From: Octopus vulgaris
Lineage: Eukaryota
Direction: 5' to 3'
Length of the DNA: 64,000 nucleotides
Assembly: GCA_951406725.2 (NCBI GenBank)
Contig: OX597834.1
Location: 46,624,001-46,688,000 of the forward strand
Shown here: piece after piece, positions 1 through 12,426 of the stretch
Layout of the letters: every line of letters starts with the position of its first letter
How positions within the stretch are numbered: the first letter of the stretch is position 1
Program-made: the position numbers and the translations under genes
Notes under the pieces: generated by a model
Databases searched by the model: none
What the model was told of the DNA's origin: nothing
Seen by the model: the letters and a program-made list of their open reading frames with translations, nothing else

Positions 1-369
1 CTCTCTTACACTACTTTCATTCTCTCTCTCTTTCTCTGTCATTCTTTCTCACTCTCACCCCCTTTCTCTATCTCTCTCCCTCTTTCTCTGTCTCTCGTTT
101 TTGTCTTTCTCACTCTCTTTCATTCTCTATCTCACTCTCACCCCCTTTCTCTATCTCTCTCCCCCTTTCTCTGTCTCTCTCGTTTTTTTTCTTTCTCACT
201 CTCTTTCATTCTCTCTCTCCCCCTCTCTATATCTTCCTTATCACATTATCATTCACTCTTCTTATACCTTTCCCCACCATTTCACTTTCTCTTTTCCTCT
301 ATACCTCTCTCTTTTCCCTTTCTCAGTCTTTTATCTTCGCCACTCACTCTCACACGCTCTTCCACCCTT

Positions 370-416
<47 letters not shown>

Positions 417-445
417 AATCTACCCCCCCACCTCACTTTCTCTAA
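1..445. repeat. CT-rich low-complexity tract with (CT)n
   Basis: Almost pure pyrimidine strand; the 114-aa ORF is Ser/Leu/Phe junk. Confidence 0.9.
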
Positions 446-519
446 ACTATAATTACACCTCCGGGAGTTTGGCGGTGAAACTGTGACATTCTCCGGTGTC
501 CATCGATGTAATTGTACTG

Positions 520-640
520 GTATTGGTGGTAGTGTAGGTGGTGCTGGTGTTGGTGTTAATGGTTGGGGTGGTGGTGGTGGTGGTGACCAGTAGTAAGTAG
601 TAATACTAATAGTAGTAGCAGTAATACTAGCAGCAGCAGT

Positions 641-696
<56 letters not shown>

Positions 697-805
697 TGAA
701 GTGCTGTTGTTGTCGTTGTTGTTGTTGGTGGTGGTGATTGCCTGCAAGATGTTAGTGTTGGTCGTATAATGACTGCAATGTGGTGGTGGTGGTAGTGGTG
801 GGTAG
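520..805. repeat. (GGT)n/(TAG)n/(GTT)n trinucleotide microsatellites
   Basis: Directly visible tandem triplets. Confidence 0.9.
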
Positions 806-1084
806 AAGGACCACATTAAACATTATAAGAAGGAAATAACAGAAGAAGAAGAATTTCAGTAATTCCTCTCCCCAAGACACCAAAAGACAGATTATCAATA
901 AAAATTTCAATACACATTTATAATACACTCTTGGACAATTTCACAGAAGGTGGCGGAATTTTTCGAAAAACTGTAACAAGATAGTATTGCAATGGCCTTT
1001 TAAGAAACATTTCTTCATAAATGGCACAGGCCACCTACCCTTTTCAATGATGAAGCTGAGTGGTTCTCCCTGTGTTTTCTCCAA

Positions 1085-1500
1085 CAAACACAGTGTCAGG
1101 CCATTTGCTCAACGATTTCAGATCACTGAACTTAGACGTGGTAGCCATCACTGAAACCAGAATTTCTGAAACGCATGCACTCAGCCTCATATTTGACGGC
1201 TACAAGGCTTTTTTGGTTTGTGAGCTGATGGAATCCAGCTCCTAAGTGGTAGTGCTTTTCTAAAAGGAATCGGATTTAGAGATACAGTTTTCCTGGACCT
1301 GAGCAGTAAATCTGTAGTATTAGATGTGAATGATAGTAAAGGTAGTGTCTTCAGACTAATGGCCATCTATGCACTCACTAGAATAGGAAGGCCAGACTAT
1401 TTTAGTCGCTTGGAAACTTTGACAATCCAGGAACAACCTGTTCTTTAGGACTGGTCAGGTATTGGAATTATAATTTAGACGCACAATGGGATTGTGTAGG
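1085..1500 (+). pseudogene. Decayed Tx1-clade ORF2 endonuclease fragment
   Basis: HLLNDFRSLNLDVVAITETRI..FDGY and VVLDVNDSKGSVFRLMAIYAL align with FLDDLRSHDIHVMVATETKL..LNGY and VVFDVTYSSKAFRLIGLYAP of ORF2 at 4261; stops and frameshifts present. Confidence 0.75.
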
Positions 1501-1829
1501 ATTTGCACACAGGAGCCTTGAAAAATGTATGAAATAAGACAGGTTTAATATGTAAAATAAGGCCGGTTTAATATGTGTAATAAGGCAGGTTTAATACTTA
1601 AATGGAGGGCAAGGGGTGCATGGATGGATGTGCCAAACGGCGGAGAGGAGACCCAAAATCTCATTTATTTTCTTAAAAAAAAATAACTGTTGATATCACG
1701 CACTAACAGTGCCAAAATTCCGAAGCAATAGCTACACGCTTATTATCTATAGCTTTATCTCCAGCGATAAAAACGAATTATTTCACGCTCTCTAAAAGTT
1801 TCTAAATTCTCACGATGTAATGAAATTTA

Positions 1830-2150
1830 GTGTTTAAGCATGAACAATATACGGAAACAAACTGCATGAAAGTAAATTTTGTTGATAATACCTATTGGTG
1901 ATAACAGCTTTAAGATGTGTGAGCTACATGTGGATATCGAATGGCGAATTTCTTCATAGGTCTGCAAGCCAAGTGCTTCTTTCAGGTTTTTATCGTTAGC
2001 ATATCGGATAAAAATGCTCAGCAGCAATTCTTCCAGGTCTTCACGTCCCTAGTTGGGGATCAATGTAATTGACGTGGCCCCTTCACCAAAATAGCTAATC
2101 TTGAATTATGCGACGGACCGTTGTCTTGTCCAATGGAAATGTGGTCTCGG
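1830..2150 (-). pseudogene. Possible decayed hAT (Buster/GTF2IRD-like) transposase fragment
   Basis: Peptides FPLDKTTVRRIIQD and LLSIFIRYANDKNLKE resemble hAT motifs IPLSxxTVxRRI and QLxVFIRYV..IKEE; weak. Confidence 0.3.
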
Positions 2151-2296
2151 TCACTGATACGCCAGGAAAGCCAAGTACAGTAATCCCTCGCCACATCGCG
2201 GTTCACCTAAGCTTACGTCGATTCCTCCGCGCTGTTGTTTTGCATTTATAATAAAATAAATATACACAAATTATAAAAATAATTTTAAAAATTATA

Positions 2297-2458
2297 CAGG
2301 AGTGGCTATGTGGTAAGTAGCTTGCTTACCAACCACATGGTTCCGGGTTCACTCCCACTGCATGGCACTTTGGGCAAGTGTCTTCTACTATATCCTCGGG
2401 CCCACCAAAGTCTTGTGAGTGGATTTGGTAGCCGGAAACTGAAAGAAGCCCGTCGTAT
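2297..2458 (+). mobile_element. tRNA-derived SINE, family A, 5' half
   Basis: A-box-like TGGCTATGTGG and B-box-like GGTTCACTCC; the same sequence recurs more than 10 times in the window. Confidence 0.9.
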
Positions 2459-2830
2459 TTCTTCCCGGTAAGAGTTTTGCTGTGTTGTTAATATTACTTC
2501 GTACCATCTGGAAATTGTTGAAGTTTACTACTGAAAATTTGTTTTTGAACTTTGTTGAACTGTCTTGTTCTCCGGTTTTACCGGGGAATAATTGGATAAT
2601 TTGTTACCGTTGAACTGTTAGCCATTGTGGCTTTTTTTATCTACGTGACTGTATATAGTCTTGCCAGACTATTTTCGTGCCCCTCCCCCGAATGGGGGTG
2701 GGAATTGAAATTTTTGAACTGCTTTTTACCACTCATTGAACTGCTTTGGAAGAAAAACTTTCTATAGGTTTCCCAGTTTTGTGGGAAACCAATATTCGTA
2801 ATTTTTGTCTTGTCTAATTTCAACAGAATA

Positions 2831-4243
2831 ATGTCTGTTGAGATTATTCACGAAAATAGTGCTCTTGAGGAGAGCAATGTTAACTGTAGTAAAAAAATTT
2901 CTGCGGTAGCCGCAGTAGCTACCGAGAACATTGACATCAATGTCAATCAGCTCGTCGAGCTATTTAAAAGAATGAAAGGGGAGGGTGGTGATGTTAAAAT
3001 ATCACCCTCCGCCAGTATCGTGGAGACCGAGAAGCGGACCGTAGTGTTTAAAACCTTCTGTCCACAAAGCAGAAGGTTCAAACACTTTGAAAAAAATACT
3101 ATCGAGAAATGCCTGTCCCCGATTTGGAAGGACATTGTGTACGTCGCCAGGGGACGGGCATATGGCACTGTGGATGTCCGCTTCTCGGGGGAGGAGGTGG
3201 CCCGCGGGCATTCTGTGAATCCCCTAAAAACCAAGGAGGTGGTACTTTTCCCAAGCTATAGGGGACGCAGGACATCCCGGGTCAGGATTGCAGAAGCCCC
3301 GCCGGAAGTAGATCCGGTAGAGGTAGTGGCCGCCCTGTTATATAAAAGGATGGACAAAATTAAAATACTACAGGTAACATGCTCTGCCCCTCTATATTGG
3401 CTTGGGCGAGACATTAATATAATAATTCAAGGAACACCGGAGGACCTGCAGCTCCTTCCTGAGAGGGTGCTCGTGGGCGAGAACGTGGCCCTCAGGGTAC
3501 AGGTCGAAGGCCGAAAACCCACCTGTTACGCCTGCAGCAAAAAGGGCCACGTTCGTGTAGACTGTCCAGACAAACAAAAGAAACCGCAGATACCAGGCCC
3601 CTCAGATAATAAAAAGATCCCTACCCTTGCAAACTCACCTACCCCTACAAAAACAAAAAGTCCCACTCCTGCTGTTACGGTGCCAACCCCAAAACAAACT
3701 GAAGAAAAAACCCAGCCCTCGCACTCACAAACCCCTACATTATTAAAACCTCCCACCCCCTTAAAAACTGCGGCGCCTACTGAACAAACTATTGCTACCC
3801 CAGACGATACCATGGAGGTATCAGAGGGGGGATTTACAACAGTTCGTAAAAGAATTCGTGCATCATCCCCGTCCACATCCTCTACAAAAAATAATAAAAA
3901 CAAAGACACACCACAGACACGAAAAAAAAAATCCCGCTCAACTGGCCCAGAAAAAGAAGACAAAAAAAATGAACTCATATTAATTGAATATGACACACAA
4001 AACAAATATATAAACGATATTGTGGTTCCGCATCACACAGCAAGACTGTACAACAAATACAAAGATCGAAACGAGAGATGTGCGTGGATTGCGGAAACAA
4101 CGTTCAAACAATTAAAAGACAGACAACCAAACGCCATCCGGCATATCGCGAACTTGCCGGACTATCTGAAGAAGGAGGAGAAAGAAGGGGCCCACAAATG
4201 TGTGGTGAGGTCGGCCCCAACCTCTCCAACGAAATGTAAGTAG
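2831..4243 (+). CDS. LINE ORF1 (Gag-like nucleic-acid-binding protein with one CCHC knuckle)
   Basis: Open frame from ATG 2831 (track starts at TTG 2810); CYACSKKGHVRVDC = C-x2-C-x4-H-x4-C followed by a Pro/Thr/Lys-rich tail; stop lies 17 nt before the ORF2 ATG. Confidence 0.88.
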   Translation: MSVEIIHENSALEESNVNCSKKISAVAAVATENIDINVNQLVELFKRMKGEGGDVKISPSASIVETEKRTVVFKTFCPQSRRFKHFEKNTIEKCLSPIWKDIVYVARGRAYGTVDVRFSGEEVARGHSVNPLKTKEVVLFPSYRGRRTSRVRIAEAPPEVDPVEVVAALLYKRMDKIKILQVTCSAPLYWLGRDINIIIQGTPEDLQLLPERVLVGENVALRVQVEGRKPTCYACSKKGHVRVDCPDKQKKPQIPGPSDNKKIPTLANSPTPTKTKSPTPAVTVPTPKQTEEKTQPSHSQTPTLLKPPTPLKTAAPTEQTIATPDDTMEVSEGGFTTVRKRIRASSPSTSSTKNNKNKDTPQTRKKKSRSTGPEKEDKKNELILIEYDTQNKYINDIVVPHHTARLYNKYKDRNERCAWIAETTFKQLKDRQPNAIRHIANLPDYLKKEEKEGAHKCVVRSAPTSPTKCK

Positions 4244-4260
4244 AACTTTTACTTTTTGTA

Positions 4261-7200
4261 ATGGCTTCTCTTAACTTTGGTTGTTTAAATGTGCGTGGTC
4301 TGAGTTCGAAGTGGAAGCAGGCTTGTTTCCTCGACGACCTCAGATCACATGATATACATGTGATGGTTGCTACAGAGACCAAGCTGGACAGCCTACAAAC
4401 CTTCTCGCCTCTCCTGAATGGCTACGAGAAAATCATGTCTCCTGGCCAGACCGGAGGGCGAGGGGGTGTAGTGGTACTGATCCGTAAAGACTTGGCTCTG
4501 CAGACAAGTACAGTCTATGTAGACCCAGAAGGTGGGCTGGTCGTCTTTGATGTGACATACAGCAGTAAGGCCTTCAGGTTGATCGGACTCTATGCACCTT
4601 GTGCTAGAGTTTCCAAACTGATTTTTATCGGCGCCTAGAGGGCTTTCTCGTGACGTCGAAGACTTTAGTGATATTAGGGGACTTTAATGCTATCGTGGAC
4701 GTACACATCGATAGCGTTGGCTCGATCTATAGGAAAGTGAACTCACGTCTCGTGGATCTGCTTAAGCGGTTTCAGCTGGCAGATCGTTACAGACTTGACC
4801 ATCCGAATGTCCCAGAGTGGACCTGGATGAGTGGCGACGGAAGGTTCAAGTCTTATCTAGACAGGATAGTGATAAGAACTAGAGATAAGTTTAGTTTTAG
4901 TTGTCCACAGCTCGTCCAGGTGCCCTATACTGACCATAGAATGGTCAAGTGTAGACTGGACATAGATAGCACACTTAAGATAGGAACCGGCTACTGGAAG
5001 CTGAACAAGTCTATTTTGACTCGCGAGGCATACCGTTGCCGGATTAAGGAGTTAGTGCAGAGGGCGTTAACCGGAGCCGTGGTTAATAACCGGTGGTGGT
5101 TCGCCCTAAAAGAGCCATTCGATTCGAGTCCATTAGATTTAGTAAACAACTAAGACTAGATAGGGCTAGAATAGAAGGGCAACTAGTTAAGAACTTAGAG
5201 GAGGCGTTGAGGTTGGGCTCTGCATTTCACATTTTAGCGGCGAGAACGGCATTAGACCGTCACCTCAAAACCAAACATGAGGGATGTAGAGTTCGGGCTA
5301 AAGTACGAGCATTGGGCCGTGAGGGAATTAATGTTGCCGGATGGGCCCGTACGATAGAAACACAGCGTGGCAACGATGCCACAATTGGGTCTCTTGTTGA
5401 TGAAAACGGATGCACGATCAAGAAGCGGGACGAGATGTGTGAGGCACTTCACAAGCACTTCGCCGAGTTGTTCGGGAGGTGCGGGACGCTGGATCATGAT
5501 GAGGCCCTTAGGGACTTCCTGTCTGGTGGCCCGCGCCTCTCGACACGAGAGGCTGAGTGCTGTGAAGGGCCAAGCACAGCCGAGGAAGTAATCGAGGTGT
5601 TGGGCAAGTGCCCCGGGGAGAAGTCGCCGGGTCTCGATGGTCTGCCCTATGAATTTTATAAAAGTATGCCAGACTTGTTCGGGCACCTGCTGGCTAGCGT
5701 CTACGCCAACTGGCGGCAGAATGGGAGAATTCCCAAGTCTGCGAGCCGGGGGGGTGGTGACGTTGATCAGGAAGGACCCGAGCAAGGGGGACGAGATAGG
5801 GAACTTCAGGCCCATAACTCTGTTGAACACAGAGTTAAAGATTCTGGCCAAGGTGCTAGCAAAAAGGTTGGCGCGGGTCGTGGTCAAACTTGTCGGGGAA
5901 GCGCAAACGTGCGCTATCCCTGGCAGAACGATCCACGACAATCTCCACCTTATACGCTACTCCTTAGAGAGGATGGGGAAGCTTTCTGGCGCAGGGGGAG
6001 CACTGGTACATTTAGACCAGTCCAAAGCATTTGATAGGGTCGACCATCGGTACTTGGCGGCGGTCCTCGGAGAGGCTGGCCTAGGCCCGACCTTTCGAGG
6101 TTGGATCGCTGTTTTGTATAGCGACATCGAGTCTGTAGTCAAGGTGAACGGTTTCTTTTCGAAGCCGTTCAGGATCGAGCGTTCAGTTCGTCAAAGGTGT
6201 CCCCTGTCCTCGCTCCTATACGTATTGGCTCTTGAGCCTTTGCTGCGGAAGTTGGAGGCACTAGGGGCGCGCCGCATGATCTATGGTGTGGAAGAGGAGC
6301 TACGGCGTATGCGGATGACACCTCCATCATTGTGGCAGACGAAGGCCAGCTTCCAGTGGTGGAAGAGGCCATCAAAAGCTACGAGGCGGTGGCAGGAGCA
6401 AAGGTTAACAAGGACAAGTCGGTCAGTTTGCAACTCGGCACCTGGAGGGGCAAGCCGATGCCATCCAATAACGTCGTAGGGCGTTGGACGGAAGGTCCTG
6501 TTAAGCTGCTCGGAGTCTGGTTCGGGCCAGACCTCCAGATTGAGAAAAATTGGAGTGAGGTGGCCAACAAGGTGACCGCTCTAACCCAGACTTGGTCTGG
6601 GCGGGCGTTATCCCTGCTAGGGAAGGCGGAGGTGGTGCAGATGTTTATAGCATCAGTAATCACCTACCGTCTGACCGTGGTGCCTTGCCCCGATTTGTGG
6701 CTGAACAAGTTGGAGAGAATCCTTTTCCGATTTTTGTGGAAAGGAGGAAAGCCACTTGTAAAGCGCTCTGTCTGCTGCCAGAAACCGCTAAAGGGTGGGC
6801 TAGTGATGCCTTGGCTGAGGATGCGAAAACTTGCGTTAAGGTTGAGGCACCTCTGGCTTTACCTGGATGGAGAGCAGGTGTGGTCACCGCACGTCCGGTT
6901 CTACCTTCCCCAGTTAATATCCCTAACGGACATCGGTGCATGGATCAAGCGGAGACCTAAACTGAGTGAATGGCATTTGGAGTGCCGTCAGGCGCTCCAG
7001 CTACTCTCTCGGGCGGGCAACGCCGGCAACAGGAGTTCCACCACGGATTTCTATAGCGGGTTAGTGGAGGTTAAGTCCGAAGACGCCTTGGGGGAGACCC
7101 TGAGCTACGATGAAAATCAGTTGGTCAACCTGTTCCGGAGGACGTTCAGGCCGGGGTATCTGGATAATTACCAGAAATCCCTGGCCTGGCAGTGTTTCCG

Positions 7201-7659
7201 TGCGGCTTTACCTGTTCGCGAAATGCTGACAAGGCACGGAAGTGCCGTCTCGCCGACATGCCCGCGATGTGAGCAGGATAGGGAGACCGTCTTGCACGCA
7301 TTCGTGGAGTGTCCGGAGTTATCGGGACTGATAGATTTTGCCGAACAACTGTTGTCAGTGATGGGAAGAATACAGCTATCAGCTGAGTCTATCATCGAGA
7401 TTGTGCCGCCTCCTTTCCTTAACAGGGAAAGAAAGGCTTGTTTTTTCTGTGTAGTAGCCATACTGAAAGAAACAGTATGGAAGACGCGTACGAAAGGTAT
7501 AGTGACAGGCACCTTTGTCTCCGGCCAGGGTTGATTAACTTTTTTAGTTACCACCTCAGTAGCAAAATCAGGCTGGAGAAGAGGTGTCTGTCACGAGATA
7601 TGTTTGTGAAAAGATGGAAGCCTGTGGCATGCAAGTTGGGCATGTTTGGCACTAGGTAA
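4261..7659 (+). pseudogene. LINE ORF2 (APE endonuclease, reverse transcriptase, C-terminal zinc finger), about five frameshifts
   Basis: Motifs CLNVRGL, ATETK, LGDFNA, SYLDRI, TDHRMV; KSPGLDGLPYEFY, FRPITLLNTELKILAK, DQSKAFDRVDH, VRQRCPLS, AYADD (6305-6319); CPRC..ETVLHAFVECP, split over successive frames. Confidence 0.93.
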
Positions 7660-7866
7660 GTGTGACCGGATCAAAAAGTAAAGGTTCTACCCGGATGGCT
7701 GGGTGTCCGTCCTTCGACATGATCATTATAAACTCATTGTTTATAATGTTATCCGTAATTTCATTGGAAAATTTTAACTGTGTTAAGCTACTTCACCCTT
7801 TATATTTGTCTGTCCTTGTTTGTCCCCTCTTTGTAAATGCCTAAATGGCAAATTATATGAAATAAA

Positions 7867-8207
7867 GTAGCTTGCTTACCAGCCACATGGTTCTGGGTTC
7901 AGTCCCACTGCGTGGCACCTTGGGCAAGTGTTTTCTGCTATAGCCTAAGGCTGACCAAAGCCTTGTGAGTAGATTTGGTAGACGGAAAATAAAAGAAGTC
8001 CGTCATATATATATGTGTATGTATATATATGTCTGTGTTTGCCCCCCCCCCCCCAACATCGCTTGACAACCGATGCTGGTGTGTTTGCGTCCCCGTAACT
8101 TTGCTGTTCGGCAAAATAGACCAATAGAATAAGTCCTGAGGTCGATTTGCTCGACTAAAGGCGGTGCTCCAGCATGGCCACAGTCAAATGACAGAAACAA
8201 GTAAAGA
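7867..8207 (+). mobile_element. SINE family A lacking its first ~20 nt
   Basis: Begins GTAGCTTGCTTACC right after the LINE AATAAA and runs to the family 3' end (GGCCACAGTCAAATGACAGAAACAAGTAAA). Confidence 0.9.
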
Positions 8208-8584
8208 GAAGTACAAAAAAGAAGTATTTTTTATATCTATATATTATTATTAGGAATTGTCTAAAAAAAATTATCCAAATATTTTGTGTATTGTAAAAGT
8301 AGAACCAATTAATTGGAGGTAAATTTAAAAAAAACAAAATGTCACGTGGCCATTTTAAAACGTAAACCTGAAATTATAGCAAAAGTGAACAGACATGGAA
8401 GAAATGTCGGGTATCATTATTCGGGGTAGGGGCGACCCAGAACGAGAAAATCAGTAATGCCTGTATGTGTGTGTATTTTAAGTATATAGATGTCGACATA
8501 TGCATTAATGTACAAGGACACACACACACATATATATGTTTGTGTGTGTGTGTGCGCGTGTGCGTGCGTGCAGACAGACAGACA

Positions 8585-9085
8585 TATGCCAAGAATATGC
8601 ATGAGATGAAAAAGAGCCTTGATCTGGTTATAACATTCTCAATGGATATAGGCTGGAGTTTGCTATACGGTTATGAAAGGATGGAAAACTGTAGACCAGA
8701 CTAGCAACATCTCCATCAATGACTTGACTGTTTCCCCTATATCTGACGAGGAATGTTCCAGGTATCTAGGGGTGGATGAAAACATATCTTACAATGGCAC
8801 CTGTAACAAAACACCTGTTACTAAAGAATATGACAGTTGAATAAAGAAAATCTGGACCGCAGTGTGTTTGCAGTACCAGTACTCATACCAACATTTGGGC
8901 TGCTTGATTGGACGCTTGATGAGATCCAACCTGTTGATGGGAAAACCCAAAACATACTAACCAGCACACACCTAAAACAAAAACAAAACGGCAGAGGCTT
9001 AACATCGAACCAAAATGCCTTTCAATGTCGTATCACATCCTTTCGGCAACATCTTTTAACCACCAAGTGTCGAAGTGCATCAATC
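8585..9085 (+). pseudogene. R4/Dong-clade (RLE) LINE RT C-terminal fragment
   Basis: YAKNMHEMKKSLDLVITFSMDIG, RYLGVDEN, FAVPVLIPTFGLLDWT, GRGL in broken frames. Confidence 0.65.
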
Positions 9086-9314
9086 ATATAATAATATAAA
9101 TAATATATATATATATATTTCGTTTTGGGATTTGGTTTGCAAGATTCTTTATGTGAGTTCGTGTGTTGAAGCATATTTTGTTATCTGGGGGGAGGGGGAT
9201 CATTTTCTTTTTGTGCCTTATAATTTAACAGACTCACCGGTAAAATGTCCACTTATTTCTTATTTTTATTTTCCTCGGTGTGATAAATCATAATGACTCT
9301 CCCCAGACACAATA

Positions 9315-9375
<61 letters not shown>

Positions 9376-10419
9376 AATATATACATACATATATGTACAT
9401 ACATATACATGTATATACATATGCATATATGGGTACAGGATGTCATAAAACGTAAACAACGTGAAATACGAAAACATCATGAAATACTAAATACGAAAAC
9501 ATAGAACATGAACTTTTTCGCGAACAACGAAAGAAACAAATGGAAAACAAGGCAAGTAACAGAAAGAACGACCCTTCATCAGTTGTCGGCTGTTTTTATC
9601 TACTCCAGTGTTGTTCGCAAAAAAAGTTCGTATTCCATGTTTTCGTATTTCATATTTTATGTGGCTGGGAAGCAAGCTCCTTACCACGCAGCCATGCGTG
9701 CGAGACAGACAGACAGACGGACGGACGGAGACAGACAGACAGATGGACGGGGTTACTAGGAAAGTTAATGAGTGTGCGTGTGTTTCACGTTTAAAAATCC
9801 AAACATCTCTTTCAAGCATGTGGAACCTTTTTTGCTTAGTTTTTAATTTATAAGAATGTAAGATTAATAAACATTCATATCTTTAACAAAGATATTTGTG
9901 GTGTAATACCTGATGGAATCCACGTTTCTCCGTTTTTGGTTTCTCAACTTAACGTATCGCGTGGTCAATCACAGTCGGTCCATAAAAGTCAAAGGGAAAT
10001 AACTATGAATACAGTGTAGAAAATTTTGTAATTGCCTCCCTTATATCATAGTTTTATTTCAATTTATCTTGCCACTTTTTTCCTCCTTTCTCGATTTTTC
10101 TTTTTCTTGATCTCTCTCTCTTTTTCTCTTTCTATTTTATCTCCCATTTATATTCATTTCCATCTTTTTTTGTGCTTCCAAACGAAGTTGATGGAGTAAA
10201 TTGAAGGAAAAGATAAAGAAAGTGACTAAATGTTTAGCTGTTATTTCACGTTTCCCGAACCACTGACCGCCAGTTGAAACGGATCAAATTGCATCAACAA
10301 CACTCCGTTGTTGCATCACAAACTCGATCAAGCAGGTGTTCATGTAAGAAGTGATTAACATGAGAGGAACATACATACTTATATACATGTGTGTGGACAC
10401 ACAAACACACACACGTGTA

Positions 10420-10587
10420 TAGAGATCGCCAGTCACTACACATTCTTTATTTTCTCTCCTTGTTTCTTTCTGTGGAAGAGCGTAGGCTCGAAACGTTAAA
10501 GACTTTTTTCACTTCCCGAGCGTTATACTAATACATCATCACCTGTCTTTGTCTTTTGTTTTCTTTTTTTTTTGTGAATTCTCCCTA
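10420..10587 (+). mobile_element. Penelope-type 3' terminal repeat fragment with hammerhead-like motif
   Basis: GAAGAGCGTAGGCTCGAAACGTTAAAGAC is shared with the tail of the Penelope element (21265-21475) and with 27982-28225; ends in (TA)n. Confidence 0.7.
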
Positions 10588-10601
10588 TATATATATATAT
10601 A

Positions 10602-10890
10602 TCATCATCATCATCATCGTTTAACGTCCGTTTTCCATGCTGGAATGGGTTGGACGGTTCAACTGGGGTCTGGGAAGACAGAAGGCTGCGCCAGGCCCAG
10701 TCTGATCTGGCAGTGTTTCTACAGCTGGATGCCCTTCCTAACGCCAACCACTCCGAGGGTGTAGTGGGTGCTTTTTATGTGCCACCTGCACAGGTGCCAG
10801 ACGAGGCTGGCAACGGCCACAATCGGATGGTGCTTTTTACGTGCCACCGGCACGGAGGCCAGTCGGGGTGGCGCTGGTCGGGTTGGGTTT
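10602..10890 (-). mobile_element. RTE LINE 3' UTR fragment with (GAT)n tail
   Basis: Reverse complement matches about 60570-60833. Confidence 0.88.
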
Positions 10891-11234
10891 TTTTTGTTAC
10901 CAAATAACCACGCGCACTATATATTTGTTCTTCACTTCAGCTTTATCATTATTCTTGTTTTACTTCCCTTTGTCTGAAATCTTTAGTCACACATCTTCTG
11001 ACCTATTCAACGCCTCTCCATCCTACATGTCTCCTCCAGCCCTGTTTAGTCCATAAGACAGAATGAACTGAACAGGACTGGGGGAGACACGCGGGATGGA
11101 GAGCTGCTGAAGAGGTCAGAGGATGTGTGACTAAAGATTTCAGACAAAGGACACTAAAAGGAAAATAATAATAATGATAAAGCTGGAATGAAGAGCGTTT
11201 ATAGAGGGTGTGTAGTTATTTGGCAAAGAAAAAA
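10890..11234. repeat. Imperfect inverted repeat (~160-bp arms) with a decayed hammerhead motif in each arm
   Basis: CTTTGTCTGAAATCTTTAGTCACACATC (left) is the reverse complement of GATGTGTGACTAAAGATTTCAGACAAAG (right). Confidence 0.75.
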
Positions 11235-11359
11235 ATGTAACCGTTCCGAAATATAACAATATCCAATATTCCAACACACACGGTTTCACATCAGGAATCT
11301 CACAAAACAAGCGTGTGTGTGTTTACGCATGTATATGTGCATACATACATGTATGTATG

Positions 11360-11424
<65 letters not shown>

Positions 11425-11513
11425 ATTCGAGACAAAACCACTACTTTACAAATCAAACAAGGAAAGAATTAATCAATACATAAAATTTTAATATAAATTA
11501 TAATATAAATTAA

Positions 11514-11554
11514 CCACTACAATTGTTTCCTGTCTTCTGACATTCTTCAGGTGG
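11514..11554 (-). ncRNA. Minimal type-I hammerhead ribozyme, canonical core
   Basis: Minus strand reads CCAC-CTGAAGA-A-TGTC-AGAA-GACA-G-GAAAC-AATT-GTA-GTGG: stem I CCAC/GTGG, stem II TGTC/GACA, GUA cleavage triplet. Confidence 0.75.
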
Positions 11555-11672
11555 GTTTTCCAATCTAAAAATATCAATATATTGGATTTAACCCAAAACC
11601 TGATTTTTCCCTGTAAATTTGGATTCATTCCCTAATATTTATTATTATATATATATATATATATATAGATAT

Positions 11673-11730
<58 letters not shown>

Positions 11731-12364
11731 CCCAGCGACAAGCCTGGGCAAGACATCTCTTGACAATATTGGTCGCGGGCTCAGAAATACGGGAACGCCA
11801 TGACCTCAAACGCAAGCAAAAGATCCCTGAGATGTCCAATACCATTTTCGGCGTATCTCGTTTTATATTAGTGTGATCTTCTCCTAGAGACATACTCTAA
11901 CAAAATCTGTGAGTTGCTTCACTCCCTGGTGTCTTTCAGCATGCCGTACACCAACCCGGGATTTCTAAGAGCCCATACTATTGCTAGATGCACGTTGGAC
12001 CTTCCTATGTCCATTCGTCCTTTTGATATGTCCTGTTTTTTTATCCTGGGTTTCCAGCAACCCTCCTCACCACTGAAGATGCCAGGTTAGTCAATAAGGT
12101 GGAGAGACCCAGTAAGGTATTGTGGAAGCCGTATTGCGCCTAAAAACTAAAATGTCAGGTTACCCAATCGTCGGTGAAGCAATTTTAAAATGCCCGATCG
12201 AGTAGGAGGACACGGCGGCGTGCACGAAAGCTGTGGGCGCGAACCTGAGTAAAGCCAACCGCAACTGCATTAACTTTATGCACGGGCACTGCTGACACTT
12301 TTCATGGGCAACGGCCACTGATGATTGCACTCGGTCACAAGCGGGCAGGCATCATAAATACCTG

Positions 12365-12369
12365 TGTGG

Positions 12370-12426
<57 letters not shown>

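Larger units (their letters stand above)
2459..7866 (+). mobile_element. Near full-length Tx1/L1-clade non-LTR retrotransposon
   Basis: T-rich 5' UTR, ORF1 with zinc knuckle, ORF2 with APE endonuclease, RT and C-terminal CCHC, 3' UTR ending in AATAAA. Confidence 0.93.

Noticed and set aside
2297-2380. tRNA genes at SINE heads (also 33909, 36385, 47848, 55520)
   Set aside because: A and B boxes are present but there is no complete cloverleaf, and each continues into a repeat body.
5252-5941. Antisense ORFs over LINE and LTR coding regions (also 3526-4005, 22899-23366, 58798-59241)
   Set aside because: Shadow frames with no independent motifs.
2317-8008. ~140-bp target-site duplication around the Tx1 LINE
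   Set aside because: The two copies differ at about 13% of sites, as much as independent SINE copies.
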